In this document: one piece after another, positions 43,978 to 58,339 of the stretch
Numbering within the stretch: the first letter of the stretch is position 1
Layout of the letters: the number at the start of each line of letters is the position of its first letter
Assembly: GCA_964016885.1 (NCBI GenBank)
Contig: OZ024740.1
Location: 277,264,001 to 277,328,000 of the forward strand
DNA: 64,000 bases
Source of the DNA: Eledone cirrhosa
Lineage: Eukaryota
Reading direction: 5' to 3'
The notes under the pieces: generated by a model
The model's database searches: none
Told to the model about the DNA's origin: nothing
The model's input: the letters and a program-made list of their open reading frames with translations, nothing else
Made by a program: the position numbers and the translations under genes

Positions 43978-45437
43978 AGGGTGTTAAAGTTTGCTTGAAG
44001 CATTGTGAAATGTGTAAAATACGTAGTTAAGAAAGCCACAACAATGCAGAGGGAAATCTCGAGGTAGGAAGTGAATGATAGATAGGAGAAACAGGTGAAA
44101 GTGAAAATTGAGAGAGACAAAGATGAAAACAAAACAAAGGTAGAAGGGTTACCGTAGTAGAGATTTAATCCCAATATTTCGGGCTCACGCCCATCAACGG
44201 GGGAAAGTTCCAAAAGGGGGGGAACAGGCCAAGCGGAGAAAGTTGTGATGTCGTTAAGACAGGAATGCCGTTATGGGGAGAAAATTATTTAAAATTTAAA
44301 CGAGGGAAAGAATGCGCGTGCGCGTGATAGGCTGTGGCAAAAGCTACTGACCAAATGGGTTAAATCAAGAGGGTGCGCTAGCGTGTGAAAGCCGTAAAAT
44401 ATGTGTGTGTAAATATATATGTGTGTGTAACTGTGTGTGTATAAGTGTAAGTGTGTATATGTGTGAGTGTGTGTGTGTGTGAAAGATAGTGGGCTGTAGA
44501 AGCTGGAAATCAAAGGGTGTGAAAGGTGGTAGGTTGTAAAACATGTGTGCGTGTATAAATATAGATGTGTGTGTGTAAGCGTATGGGTATACATGTGTGT
44601 GTAACTGTGTGTGTATATGTGTGAGTGCGTGTGTGTGTGAAATATAGTGGGCTGTAGAAGCTGGAAATCAAAGGGTGTGAAAGGTGGTAGGTTGTAAAAA
44701 CATGTGTGCGTGTATAAATATAGATGTGTGTGTGTATGCGTATGGGTATGCATATACGTGCGTGTGTGTGAAGATAGCAGGCCGTAGGCTGTGAATGGTC
44801 ACTATGGTTAAGTTAGCCATGTCAGCTCATTTCTCTCAGCCCGGTTGTTAAGTGGGGGTCTGAGGTTCTTAATAACAAGTGCTTCCTTTATCCTTAAGGG
44901 TCCGATGCTGCGTTCAGTCGCTAGGACTGTGACCAAGGGTCTACCCTGTGGGTTTCCGCATTTAAGGATGTGTTTACGGAAGGAAGATGCGTTGGTCTTG
45001 ATATGTTCCTTGATACGAACATGTAGGGGTCGGATGGTGCTACCTATGTAAAACTTGTTACATTTATCGCATTGAGTCTTATATACAACATAGGTGTGTA
45101 GGCAATCTGCCCCCCGTATCGGGCAGTTGCTGAGGGAACACAGCCTATCACGCGCACGCGCATTCTTTCCCTCGTTTAAATTTTAAATAATTTTCTCCCC
45201 ATAACGGCATTCCTGTCTTAACGACATCACAACTTTCTCCGCTTGGCCTGTTCCCCCCTTTTGGAACTTTCCCCCGTTGATGGGCGTGAGCCCGAAATAT
45301 TGGGATTAAATCTCTACTACGGTAACCCTTCTACCTTTGTTTTGTTTTCATCTTTGTCTCTCTCAATTTTCACTTTCACCTGTTTCTCCTATCTATCATT
45401 CACTTCCTACCTCGAGATTTCCCTCTGCATTGTTGTG
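43975..45437 (-). mobile_element. 5'-truncated PLE with an inverted pLTR
   Basis: 45141-45437 is an essentially exact reverse complement of ~44016-44335. A GIY-YIG domain lies between the arms. The flanks are (TA)n. Confidence 0.85.
44808..45141 (-). CDS. PLE GIY-YIG endonuclease domain (open frame, no start codon; missed by the ORF track)
   Basis: CSLSNCPIRGADCLHTYVVYKTQCDKCNKFYIGSTIRPLHVRIKEH...LRIKEALVIKNLRPPLNNRAE. Confidence 0.8.
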
Positions 45438-45452
45438 GCTTTCTTAACTACG

Positions 45453-45592
<140 letters not shown>

Positions 45593-45747
45593 ATATATAT
45601 ATATATATATGTGTGTATATATATATGTAAGTGTATATGTGTATGTGTATGTGTGTATATATGTGTGTATATATATATATATATATGTATATGTGCGTAT
45701 ATGTATATATGTGTGTGTATGTGTATGTATATGTATGCGTGTATGTA

Positions 45748-45792
<45 letters not shown>

Positions 45793-45934
45793 ATATATAT
45801 ATATATGTATGTATATATGTATGTATATAAGTATATGTATGTATATATATGTGTGTCTATGTATGTGTGTATATTTATGTGTGTGTGTATGTATGTATAT
45901 ATATATATATATATATGTATATGTGTATATATGT

Positions 45935-47150
45935 GTACTAGAGAGACACATACAACACTTCATCCACCGTATGCAGTTCTCTGGCTACAATCAGAGAGAC
46001 AAAATCAGAGTATATAGAGGAGCCAGAACCAAATGGAAAAAAATGGTAAATAATGACATAAATGGGACCTGCCCCTTGTATAGGAGCAAATTTTGGAATA
46101 GAATAGAAAGAACTAGGAACAAGGCTAATTGAATAAACTCATGGTATGATAGCAATAAATACCAGAGTGTAATGTTAATCGATACAACCCCTAGAGGTGA
46201 ATTAGCTTACAAATTTAGAAGCGCCCTAAATAAACATAAACTCAATATTAAGATAGTAGAAAGACCAGGTACCTCCGTAAAAACACTTATTAGCAAGACA
46301 TACCCTTTTCAAAGACCCTCATGTATGGATAAGAAATGTATAACCTGTAAAATAAGCCCCCATATTAACTGTAAAACTAGAAATGTAGTGTATAGCATAA
46401 GATGTACTGAAGGACAATGTAGAGACAAAAATATAGTGTACATAGGTGAGACAGCTCGTAGTGTAGGGGAACGGATAAATGAACACTGGCGAGACCTTCA
46501 AGATAATAAAGAATCATCTGTACTCTACCAACATGCTAAAATAGAACACAAGGGTAAATTAGAGAACATAGAAATAAAAATAGAATCTACACACAGAAAA
46601 GACGCAATGTTTAGATAAATTACAGAGGCAATAAACATAAAAGAATTACAACCAAAATTAAATAGAAAATATGAGTGGAACAGCAACATCACAACTTACA
46701 ATTAAGGACAAAATGAAAACACACACACACATAGAACAAACAACCAACCAGTAACATGTAAATAAACAAATAAATAAATGAACATAAACACACACAGACA
46801 CCCGGATGTGGCGCATGCGCAGACTGAGCACACAACACACACACAGAAACAAAATGGCGTAGGACAGAACAAAGGAGAGGCACAGAAACAAAGAAAGGAA
46901 TCCGCAGTCACTGAAGAGGTCACAGAGTGTGTGACGAAAGAACTATGACTATATATATAAACAACTATCTGGTTGTGGAACCAACCAACCAACCAGAAAT
47001 TTATAAATTTATAAATATATAATAAATTGAAGTGAAAGCAACTGGTGCGTGTGTTTCTTATTGGCAACATGACCCTCCCAAAGTATAACAATATCGGTTT
47101 CAACACACGATTTCAGATAAAGAATCTTGCTAAACAAATTCAGAAACGAA
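45935..47150 (+). mobile_element. 5'-truncated PLE (Neptune-like): linker, GIY-YIG and pLTR
   Basis: MQFSGY..., KIVERPG, CKTRNVVYSIRC..YIGETARSVGERINEH, followed by a hammerhead. Confidence 0.82.
46906..46950 (+). ncRNA. Minimal type I hammerhead
   Basis: agtca-CTGAAGA-g-GTCACA-gagtg-TGTGAC-GAAA-gaa-CTA-tgact. Confidence 0.72.
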
Positions 47151-47184
47151 ATATATATATATATATATATATTGCTGAATACAA

Positions 47185-48052
47185 GAAATGTAAATCTGAG
47201 AAATGTAAATATTCGATTCGTTTGTAATTATGCAAACAGCCTCTTAAGCCACGTGAGCTCTTGCTCTTGTGTTGGCATATAAAAAAAACGGCAGACACTA
47301 ATGTTTCTGGGTTATTACCCTTCATCAGCACTGTATACTGTTTAGCTGCCAATAGTCAGAGCTAGTGAAACTATATGATATTTTTGGGAATATACAGTGA
47401 CTGATCCGCCTGATTTGCATATTAGCATACTGCCTGATCAGTCAGATCTCCAAATTAACAGACACACTGATCAGCGCTCTTCATGGCTGAATACCAGAAA
47501 TGTAAATCTGAGTTTTTCGTATATTAATAATAATAAGACATGTGAGTAGAATGACCCCGTCATGCTTGCTCTTGTGTTGGCATATAAACATAACGGCAGA
47601 CACTTAGGTTTCTGGGTTATTAGCCATGTCGAGCGATATAACTATTTGTTAGTTATTTGAATATGGCAACGCCGGCCATTTATAGTTCCTATATATAAAA
47701 CTAACTGGCCTATCTGCTGATATGCAAATCTGGCTGATCAGTTAGTCTGCTAATATGCAGATCTGACTGATCAGGCAGTCTGCTAATATGCAAATCAGGC
47801 CGATCAGTCACTGTATATTCCAGAATATATCCTATATTTTCACTAGCTCTGACAGTTGGCAGGTTAACAGTATACAGTACTGATGAAGGGTAATGACCCA
47901 GAAACATTAGTGTCTGCAGTTCTGTGTATATGCCAACACAAGAGCAAGAATGACGAGGACATTCTACTCACAGGGCTTAAGAGGTTGTTTGCATAATTGC
48001 AAACGAATCAAATATTATCATTAATATTCGAAAAACTCAGCTTTACATTTCT
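47185..48052. mobile_element. Complex fold-back repeat with hammerhead-like cores
   Basis: 47185-47470 is inverted relative to 47720-48052, with a third partial copy at 47495-47625. CTGATGA-a-GGGT-aatg-ACCC-a-GAAAC-attagt-GTC occurs at 47880-47915, and its reverse complement at 47293-47328. Confidence 0.65.
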
Positions 48053-48395
48053 TATATATATTATTAAATGTATTCTTAAATATACATTACTGAATAAAGT
48101 GACAGGAGGCCGGAAAGTTGAAATTCTTTAAAAATTTTATTTTTGCAGACACTATATATATTTCAATCGCTTATATATATATCGACTAAATCGATATGAT
48201 TAAAAGGGGTGTCCTAGCACCAGTCCGATGACTGGACCCATTAAATATGGGAAAGAAAGAAAGTGAAATAGAGGGAACAGACTTTATTTATACTGAATTA
48301 TCCCTAAAACCTTACATTGGTTTCAGATCATTTGTTTTCTTCAATATATCAAGATTTCTCAGTAAAGTCACATACTATCATGGATTATTTGTATA

Positions 48396-48658
48396 CAGGC
48401 GCCTCGTTTGCCTTTAAAATATGAGGGGGACAAACCAACATATTTGATTCTTAAAGGAACATGTTAGTATTGCTTATGGTGCCTTTCCCGGACCCTATCG
48501 CATTTGGCGCTAATTAAATTTTATATATAAAGTTCAGATATAAAAAAATAAGCTGAAAAAGAATTTATTATATCAAATAAACAAAAAAATAAAACATAGA
48601 CGCTTGAAAAAGTGGATGGGGGGTTGTCCCCTGGTACCCCCTTGAAACAAGGCCCATG
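48396..48658. mobile_element. hAT-type MITE
   Basis: 8-bp TSD tttgtata at 48388-48395 and 48659-48666. Imperfect TIRs caggcgcctcgttt and catgggccttgttt (reverse complement). Confidence 0.65.
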
Positions 48659-49790
48659 TTTGTATATATAGTTGTTTAGGCATCCTTTTGGAAGCAAAAA
48701 GATTTTGCAAGACACTCTGATAGATCGGTGTAGGAAAGCAGTTTTTTTCATCGCGGCTCATTCTTTGTGTATGTTCTTTTCATTTGTTGATTTCTAAATG
48801 ATGTGTTAAGACTTGGTGTACGATTCTCGTCGTTTCATTTTCTAATTCGTTCGTTGACTATTTTCATTAGTCGTTTACACTATTATGACTTCGTTGCTAT
48901 TTGTTTCTTCTGTTTATGTTTTGATTATTTTTTCGATTGACTTACCGCTTTTATTTGCTGATCTGCGCAGATTAGGCTCTACTGGGCGATGATTTTGTAT
49001 TCATATCCTGTTTATCTCAACTTGATTATCTTCATAACGCTTTTCACAGCATAGTTCAATAGTTTTCTCTTAAGCGCTTGTTGATAACGTAATCGCATCA
49101 TGTTTGCTTACGCATTTTCTTAAATACTCCTCAATCTTTTTTAGAAATTGGTTCCACGATAAACTAACACTAAATATAAGATAAGAGAAAAGATGACACC
49201 ATGGCCATGTCGGATGGAATAACGTGTCGGATGCATGCAACCAAAGAACTATAATGGCTGCGATTAACAAAACAGCTCTCCGACACCGACCTATCAGTGT
49301 CCTTTTATATCTTTACACAAATATGCTTAAACCACTATATATACAAATAATCCATAAAAATATGTGACAATACTGAGAAATAATACCGGAAGCAACAGCA
49401 TCGACAAAATCAGTGGGTACCATTATTCTCTAACTTCTCAACATCGCAAGCTCAATATATAATTCTAGTAAACATAACATACTCCTGTAGCAATAATTCT
49501 AGAAATATCCATGCTACAAGAACATAGAAAATACACAATTCCAAACTATACTCAAATATCGCTTGACTGGTTCTTTCAAAATTCCAGCTGTCTTAGAACA
49601 TTTATATGTGCCTATGTAAGCGAATTGACTTCGTGGTATTTGTTCCTGCGCTGAGTACAAATACCGACGCTGCTTGTAATCTGAAAGGCGAGGAATCCTC
49701 TGCCAGGGATTTCTTCCAAACAGATAGTATGGAAAGACCAATGAAAACATTGATCCCTCAGTCCGATTTGGAAATTCAATCCCCCCCTCT

Positions 49791-49885
<95 letters not shown>

Positions 49886-49986
49886 TATATAACAAAGAGG
49901 ATGTAGTAACATACCAGGTGGATCATAACGCATCAGAGTACTCCATACTTGCCGGAGCTCAGCCATCGGGGTCCTGACTCTTTTCC

Positions 49987-50056
<70 letters not shown>

Positions 50057-50743
50057 ACTATACAAAACATTTTTGTACACCGACTTCCTGAGCACATAAC
50101 TCCTCAATGGAAAGGCGCGAAGATTTACGAAGGAGAGGAAATAGACAAGATATCGTTATTGGTACAGCAAATTATACATCTTATACGAAAAGAAAAATGC
50201 ATAGAGAGTATATAAGCAGTTAGAACAACGACCTGTCACTTACTTTGCATTAGCAATTCATTGTTCACCAGTACATCCAGACAGCTGTTTCTAACTCCGA
50301 CAAAAATGCTATAATTACCACAATTAAATGGACAATTGCCAAGCCAAAACTGGAGCTTTCATCGGTGGGCTAAACTTAGACAATTAATCAAGTAATCAGT
50401 TAATCAATAATAAATTAATTAATCCTCAAAATATACAAGACGTCCATGAATAAGTGTGAGACAACGCACCACCATATGAATGACATATTTTCATAAAATA
50501 AAAACATATAAAAACCCCCAGAAGAGAGGCCATGCACATATAACCGGTGAAAATTTGAAATGATAACCTAGTAAGCTTGTATTAATGTAACCCAAGCACA
50601 AACTATTTACAAATTAAGTTCCTATTGACTTGAATTTTTGCTCTATGTTTATTCAGTGTATAACATTTATTTATTATTTATGCTTAAATACATATATACT
50701 TAAAATTATAGATATGTGATATACTTAGATATATAGAAATACA

Positions 50744-50932
50744 TAATTGTTTCTCCTTTTGGCACAAGGCCAGCAATTATCCAGTGTATTACTAGTACTT
50801 TATTTTATCGACCCCGTAAGGATGAAAGGCAAAGTTAACCTCGGCGGGATTTGAACTCAGACCGTAAAGGGACGTAACTCTATGCTTCAAAGCATGGTGT
50901 CCGACTCTCTACCGATACTGCCAATCCACCGT
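50744..50932 (-). mobile_element. tRNA-SINE, full length
   Basis: A box, B box, core and tail. Confidence 0.9.
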
Positions 50933-50981
50933 CCACATAGAAATACATAATGATATTCATACATATATAGATATACATAAT

Positions 50982-51016
<35 letters not shown>

Positions 51017-51125
51017 GTAGAATAATCGAGAATCGGAATATCAGCCCACGAAATCACGATAAACAATATCCGACATGCGTGGCAGAGGGCTCAATAATTT
51101 GGATAAATCAGAGCTATAACTATCG

Positions 51126-51183
<58 letters not shown>

Positions 51184-51444
51184 CTGTGTGTGTGTGTGTG
51201 TGTGTGTATAATATATATATATGAGTAGGCATGATTACAATTTATACATACATATACATACATGTGCATGTATGCACAGATACATACAAATTTACGCCTA
51301 CAGACATACACCTACATACATACACACATATGTATACATGCACAGATACATACAAATGTACGCCCACATACATACATATATACCAGCATGCATACACACA
51401 TACATACATACATACATACATACATACATTCATACACACACTAA

Positions 51445-54400
51445 ATACATAATTCATTTTACAAGGATTTGCTACAAACAGCATGGCTGAACACAACATC
51501 AACAAAAAATTAAGGAAGTATCGAAGACAAATAACAAGGAAGGTAATCAAACTATATTCAGTTGTAGCTACAGAAGAAACCGAAATTATAAATCACATTT
51601 CTCTTGGAGTTGCGAACTTAATAATGATTTATTTAATTGTTATAAAATGGCAAAAAACAATCCCTCCATTGGCTATATGAATAGAATGAAGCTACACTGG
51701 GATGAAATACACCCAGAGCTAAATTATTTCACAGCGAAACAATTACGCCAACAAGCGACGTTTGTTGAACGTAAAAATAAGATAAATATTATTAATTGTA
51801 AGTCCCCCACAACAAACATGTTATCAACAACACGTGCTACAGGTCGCCATGCTACTAGACTTCCTAGCAGCCAGGTCGAACAGCGCCTTGAAACAACTAT
51901 GCCTGTAAGAAACTTGACACCACCTGTACCATCTAAGTCTACCTCGAATGCTGGGGAAAACACTATCGATAATAATAATAATCGAAGAAATAATAATAAT
52001 AATCGAACAAATGTGACACCACGTATACCATCCGAGTCTACCTCGACTGTTGTGGAAAATACTATCGATAATGATAATCAAAAGTACAAACAATTGAAAA
52101 TTTCCCTCAACGAAATCTTCCAGAGAGAAATTGACCTCATGTATAAATATTTCTCTTGTTGAACGTGTTAAAATGACAATGGTGAATAAAAAACCAAATA
52201 ATGAAATACTACGTGTTATTGATGAAATAGGGGATGAATATTTACGACGGATAAAAACCCAACATTTTGGCAAATCAACGCCTGTTTATATGCCTTAGCA
52301 ATGTCAGTGAAGCATTATCTTGGTAATAGCAGAGATATTAACAAGAACAAAACACCACCAAAAATACCATCATATATAACTAAAATAGAAAAAAAAGATT
52401 GCTGACCTACGAAAAAATATAGGACATCTGACAATGCTCCTTACATGCAAACAAACACAAAAAAAACCTCACTCCTCACCAAACAATGAGTGAAAAATAA
52501 AATAGAGACGATGTTTGGTAACAGTAGAACCAGAACTCTCCAATATAAGCTGATCCCCCTCAAACAAGAATTGAGAGCTGTTATCGAAAAACGCTGATAC
52601 CTGAAGAAGGTAGATGAGAGAAAAGTGCTAAATAAAAGATTCAGACGAAACCAAACATCAGTCTATAGAGATATGAAGGGCAAAATAATAAGTGTCACTG
52701 AGGCCCCATCCCAGAAAGACATAGATTCCTTTTATAGAAAAATATGGGGTGAAAAGAAGAATTTCAACCAAGATGCAGTGTGGCTAAGAGAATTCCGAAA
52801 GAACTATTGCTCCTACACTACAAGAAAAACATACGAAATAAGTGAGGGTACCCTTGAGACTGTGATAGGAAAACTCCAAGATGAGAAAACACCAGGAAGA
52901 GACATGATTGTCGGCTACTGGTACGAAAAACTAATATTCTATCGGAGGTATCTTACTGACCTCTACCAACAAGTTCTTAAGAGAGATACACTTATACCAG
53001 AATGGTTGACATTAGCAGAAACATTACTGGTCCCCAAGAACAAAGACACCCACTTGGCAAAAAACTACCGACCCATTGCATGACAGAACCTGATGTATAA
53101 GATGTATACAGCCTGCCTGAACCTATTCCTCCAAGATCACTGTGAATATAATAACATCATCACAGATGAACAAGCAGCTGGAAAGAAAGGGGTTTGGGGA
53201 TGTGCTGAACAACTCTTAATCAACAAAACTGCGATGTCGGAGGTGCGACAACTTAGGAGGAATATGATTACAATCTGGCTGGACTACAGGAAAGCTTTCG
53301 ATTCTGTTCCCCATTCTTGGATGATAGAGGCCCTCCAACTTGCTAAAGTCCCAGACATTATTGTCAGAGCCATAGAGAGGCTGTCTTCTTCTTGGGCTAC
53401 TATCCTCAGGTTAAAGACAGAGAGGGAGGACTCTATTTTCACTGATAAAATAAAATATTGCAGGGTTATATTTCAGGGGGACACTCTCTATGTGATATTG
53501 TTCATCTTGTCATTAAACCCCTTGTCCTTTCTGCTCAAGAATTGTGAGGGATACATCATTGGCTCACAGGAGGACAGAAATACGAACCTAACCCATAATT
53601 TCTTTGTGGACGATCTGAAACTCTATGCCAAGTACATGGATGGGATGAAGAAAAATATTGACCTTGTTACAACGTTCTCAAAGTATATAGGAATGGAGTT
53701 TGGCCAAGATAAATGCTCATACATGACTGTAAAGCGGTGAAAAACAATAACCCAATCTAGCAACATTGTCATCAATGGTCTAACTGTTTCACCGATATCT
53801 GATGATGTCTGCTACAGATATCTGGGGATAGATGAGAACATATCCTATAATGGTATCTGTAATAAAGAACGCGTAACCAGTGAATATTGCACCCGATTAA
53901 GAAAGATTTGGTCATCGGAACTCTCTGCACAAAACAGCAAAACAAAACAGTGGCTCACAATGTGTTTGATGTGCCTGTCCTAACACCAACGTTTGGAATA
54001 CTCAATTGGACTATAGACGAAATCTGAGCAGTTCATGTTGGAACTCGAAAAGTACTAAACAACACCGGAAACTTCCACATCAGCAGTGACATAGACCGCC
54101 TTTACTTGAAACGTAAGCAGAGAGGCAGAGGCCTAACATCAGTCCAGACAACATTTGAATGTCGCATCATATCTCTCCGACATCTACGAACCTCGAAGCG
54201 TAGGAGCCCGTTTCTCGAGCAAGTATATCTGCATGAAACATATAAGATCATGAGAGTTGGGAAGGAACTCCTTGAGAGATATTCACTGTGTGATAATCAA
54301 AAACTGACACCCAGGGATGTCGCTCAGCAGTATCGCAGTGAATACATGGATGAAAAACTGCATGCCTATCAGCAAAAAATCATGGATGGATATGTTGCCA

Positions 54401-55400
54401 GGAAGCTCCAGAGTGAGGGTAATATTAATAAGGAAAGTAGTCTATCTTGGACCAACAACCGCTATATTGGCTCCCACTTTGAAGGATACGCTTTGCAATC
54501 CAGGAACAGGAGATTAGCACGAAATACCTGATTCACAAAAGAGATAGGGATGCAGGCAAAACACCTAGATGTGATAACAAGTGCAGACTCTGCAGAACTA
54601 ACATGGAGGATATCACCCATGTCATCAGCAGCTGTCCAAAGATGTCATCGCGGTACTATCTATCTATGAGGCATGATGTAGTGGCCAAAACACTGTACAA
54701 TGCAGTTCGTAAAAAAGATAGCCCCGATAATAAACACATTAAAAGCTACAACAATGTGGAAGACATCCATGTACATAATATGAAAGAGTACTGGTGGAAT
54801 ATTCCAGTAAAAACCCCAATAAAATGCAGGCATAACAGACCAGATATTATGATATGGGACAGGGAGAAGAAAACATGCACAGTAGTGGAAATTAGCTGCC
54901 CAACAGATGCCAATATAATATCAAAGATTAGTGAAAAGGAGAATATTTATGCAGAACTGATGAGAAATCTGAAGATACTCCACCCTGATTACACCTTCGG
55001 ATTTATGCCTGAGATTATTGGGGCACTTAGATATGTTAGTAACTGCCTCAATACAAATCTTGAGAAGCTAGGCTTCACAGGGACAGAAAGAACACAACTA
55101 GTTAGGAAATTACAAGTACAATCCATTAATGGAACAGTAAAAAAATGTAAAACATTACAAAAATTGTGCATCTAATAACTGCATATACACATGTACAGAT
55201 ACAAAGTATATACACATGCACACATACAATTCAAAACATCCACATCCACACATACAATAACATCCATATCTACACATGCATGCATACATATCTCCCTAGT
55301 TGATGTTGTATAAATTCCAATGAGAGAGACTTGTATCTTTGTTAGAAACCGACTCTCTCTCTATTGGTAAAACTTTGTGAAATTATAAAACCAGAAGAAC
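51445..55400 (+). mobile_element. Near full-length Dong/R4-clade LINE (RT plus REL endonuclease), decayed
   Basis: KNYRPI, WLDYRKAFDSVPHSW, IFQGD, FFVDDLKLY, CRLC..EDITHVISSC, RHDVV, NRPDIMIWD and VVEISCP. Flanked by (ACAT)n. Confidence 0.9.
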
Positions 55401-55784
55401 ATACATACAAATGTACGCCCACATACAGACATACATGCATGCATACATACATACATACATACTAATTTCTGTAATTGAATTTTATGTCACTATTCTTGAG
55501 CTATGATATGATATTGGAAACGTACGTCAGAGAAACATACAGCTTATCTCCGTTAAACATCATGACAAGAAAAGCCCATAAATATTCGATTTACTTCCGG
55601 TTGTTTACTACAATTGAGAAGCCATTCAATATAAAATCTCGGCTAAAGTGATTTCATATTGGATTTTAAATTTCTCACATCTCCTCACTCCATAATACAA
55701 CCACAGAAAACTGCAATAATAATAGTAATGATGATGATGATGATGATGACGACGACGACGACGACAACAACAACAACAACAACA

Positions 55785-55871
55785 ATAATAATAATTGTTT
55801 CTACTTTTGGCACAAGACCAGCAATTACACAGTGCATTACTGGTACTTTATTTTATCGACCCCGTAAGGAA
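55785..55871 (-). mobile_element. tRNA-SINE 3' half, truncated at the Dong/R4 fragment
   Basis: Core and tail only. Confidence 0.8.
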
Positions 55872-57575
55872 TGAGCAAATGTATGAAGTCCTGGGAAACA
55901 GAGTTAACATCAGGTGGAGACTCCTTGTGAGGCGTGAAGATCAAGAGAGGTATCTTCCAGGGAGATAGTTTGTCCCCTCTGCTGTTTGTCCTTCCTATCC
56001 GTTATATTGCGAAAAGTGAAAGCAGGATACAAGTTGGGAAGAGGAGAGCTTACTATCAACCACCTCCTCTTCATGGACGATCTAAAACTCTTTAGGAAGA
56101 GTGAGAAGGAGTTGGATGTACTTGTTGACACTGTCCGTATTTTAAACAATGATATATGTATGGAATTTGGTATTAATAAGTGTGGAGTCCTAGTGATGTA
56201 GAGGGGTAAATTGAGCAGAAGCAACGGAATCCAGGTACCAACAGGTGAGATGATAAAGGAAATTGACACTGAAGAAGGATACAAATATTTAGGTGTTCTG
56301 GAGGCAGATGACATCAAGAGCAATAAAAAAATGAAGGAATTGATAAGATCTGAATACATTCGGGAAGTAAGGAGCGTATTAAAATCACATCTAAATAGTA
56401 GGAATGTTATAAGTGCAGTAAATTCCCGAGATGTGTCTATTATTAGGTACAGTGCGGGAATTCTGAAATGGAATGCTGCAGAACAAAAATAAATGGATAG
56501 GAAGACTAGGAAGCTATTGACTATCTACATGTTCCACAAGAGGTGTGAGATCTGAAGGTGGAAGAGGTCTTATCAGCATAGAGGACTGTGTTCAGATGGA
56601 GAAAAACAACCTGCACACATATGTGACTGTCCAATGCTCAAAATTGTACTGAAAAAGAAGACAATAGACCAGGGGATGTCCAACGAGGAAATAACAACAA
56701 GGAGGAAGAGCAACCTTCATGAAAAATCCCTTCATAGCACCTTCTCTAAGAAAACGGTATTTAGAGATCCACAGACATGGAACTGGTTAAAAAGAGGCGA
56801 CATTAAAAAAGCTACAGAAGGAATGCTAAGGGCTGCGCAAGAGCAAGCCCTCAGAACGAAGTTGGTGAAACACCATATTTACAAGGAGGAGGCTAGCTCA
56901 CTGTGTAGGATCTGTGGAGAGAGAGAGAGGAGACTGTGGCTCACATTGTATCCGAGTGTAAACACCTAGCCCAGACTCACTATAAAGGCTGGAGACATGA
57001 TATGATAGGCAGGGTGATCCACTGGCATCTATGCAATAAAACAATTTACCACAATCTGAGAAGTGGTATGAGCATAAGCCAGAGGCGGTGATAGAACACG
57101 ATCAGGTGAAGGTGCTGTGGGAATTTAGGATACAGACGGACAAGAAATTAGAACATAATAGGCCTGACCTGGTGGTTTTGGACAAGGAAAAAAGATCGTG
57201 CCTGGTTTTAGATGTAGCCTTCCCATTTGACACGAGATTGCAAGAAAAGGAGAGGGAGAAAATTAACCGACACCAGGATTTAAAGTGGGAGTTCAAAAGG
57301 ATTTGGAACTGCCATGAAATCAAGGTCGTCCCGATTGTCATAGGCGCACTAGGTACTATCTCAAAGAGTTTCCAAGGATGGTTAAAGAAGATTAGTCCAG
57401 CCCCGCTTTTTGGAACTCTTCAAAAGGCATACTTGCTGGGAACAACAAGAACCCTCCGATACATCCTGAATGTCTGAGGCTGCAGGTAGCGGCTTGATAT
57501 TCATTTCAACAAACTTTCCAGTTAAATAACATCAATGACTGAGACTCAAATTGCAATAATAATAATAATAATAAT
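55872..57575 (+). mobile_element. Second Dong/R4 family, 5'-truncated, with a (TAA)n tail
   Basis: IKRGIFQGDSLSPL, INHLLFMDDLKL, YKYLG, CRIC, RHD, NRPDLVV and VPIVIGALG. A second 3'-end copy lies at 57925-58092. Confidence 0.9.
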
Positions 57576-57670
57576 GGTAAAAGCTTTATCTTACATAATT
57601 ATCTCACATAATATCAAATCTATGAGATATTTTGCAATTATTTATTTTTAGAACGATTTTTTGAGAACGA

Positions 57671-58316
57671 TTCTGAGTTCAAATCCCGCCGAGGTCAACT
57701 TTGCCTTTCATCCTTACGAGGTCGATAAAATAAAGTACTAGTAATGTACTGGGTAATTGCTGGCCTTGTGCCAAAAGTAGAAACAATTATTTATTTTGAG
57801 GACAATATTTTAACATGAGTATTAGTGGCTCGTTACAGCTGGTTTGAGCAAAAAGAGGTGAGAGAATTCTGGCCGGATATGGCATGTTTAAATGTCAAAG
57901 GGTTAAAGAACATTAGTGCAGCCTTTTTTTTGGAACATTTGAAAAGGCATACTTGCTGGGAACATGCTTGCTGTCATTCTTACTCCGACACGTCCTGAAT
58001 ATCTGAAGCTGCAGGTGGCGGCTTGATGTTTATTTGAACAAACTTTCTAGTTAAATAACATCAATGACTGAGACTCCAAGAAAAATAATATAAGAGTTGT
58101 TTCTACTTCAGCCACAAAGCCAGCAATTTGAAGGGAAGGGGAATGTCGATTAAATCGACCCCAGTGCATTACTGGTGATTTATTTATCGACCCCGTAGGG
58201 ATGATGAAAAACAAATCTAACCTCGACAGGACTTGAACTCAGAACGTAAAGGCCCATAACTCTATGCTTGCAAAGCATAGTGTCTGATGCTCTACCGATA
58301 CTTCCAATCCACCGAC
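57671..58316. mobile_element. Two tRNA-SINE copies (57671-57790 +; 58097-58316 -, long form)
   Basis: B box, core and tail. Confidence 0.85.
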
Positions 58317-58339
58317 TTATGATAATAATAATCATAACA

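Noticed and set aside
48700-49980. Possible host exon or Helitron-like remnant
   Set aside because: No recognisable domain or convincing splice-bounded frame; left unassigned.
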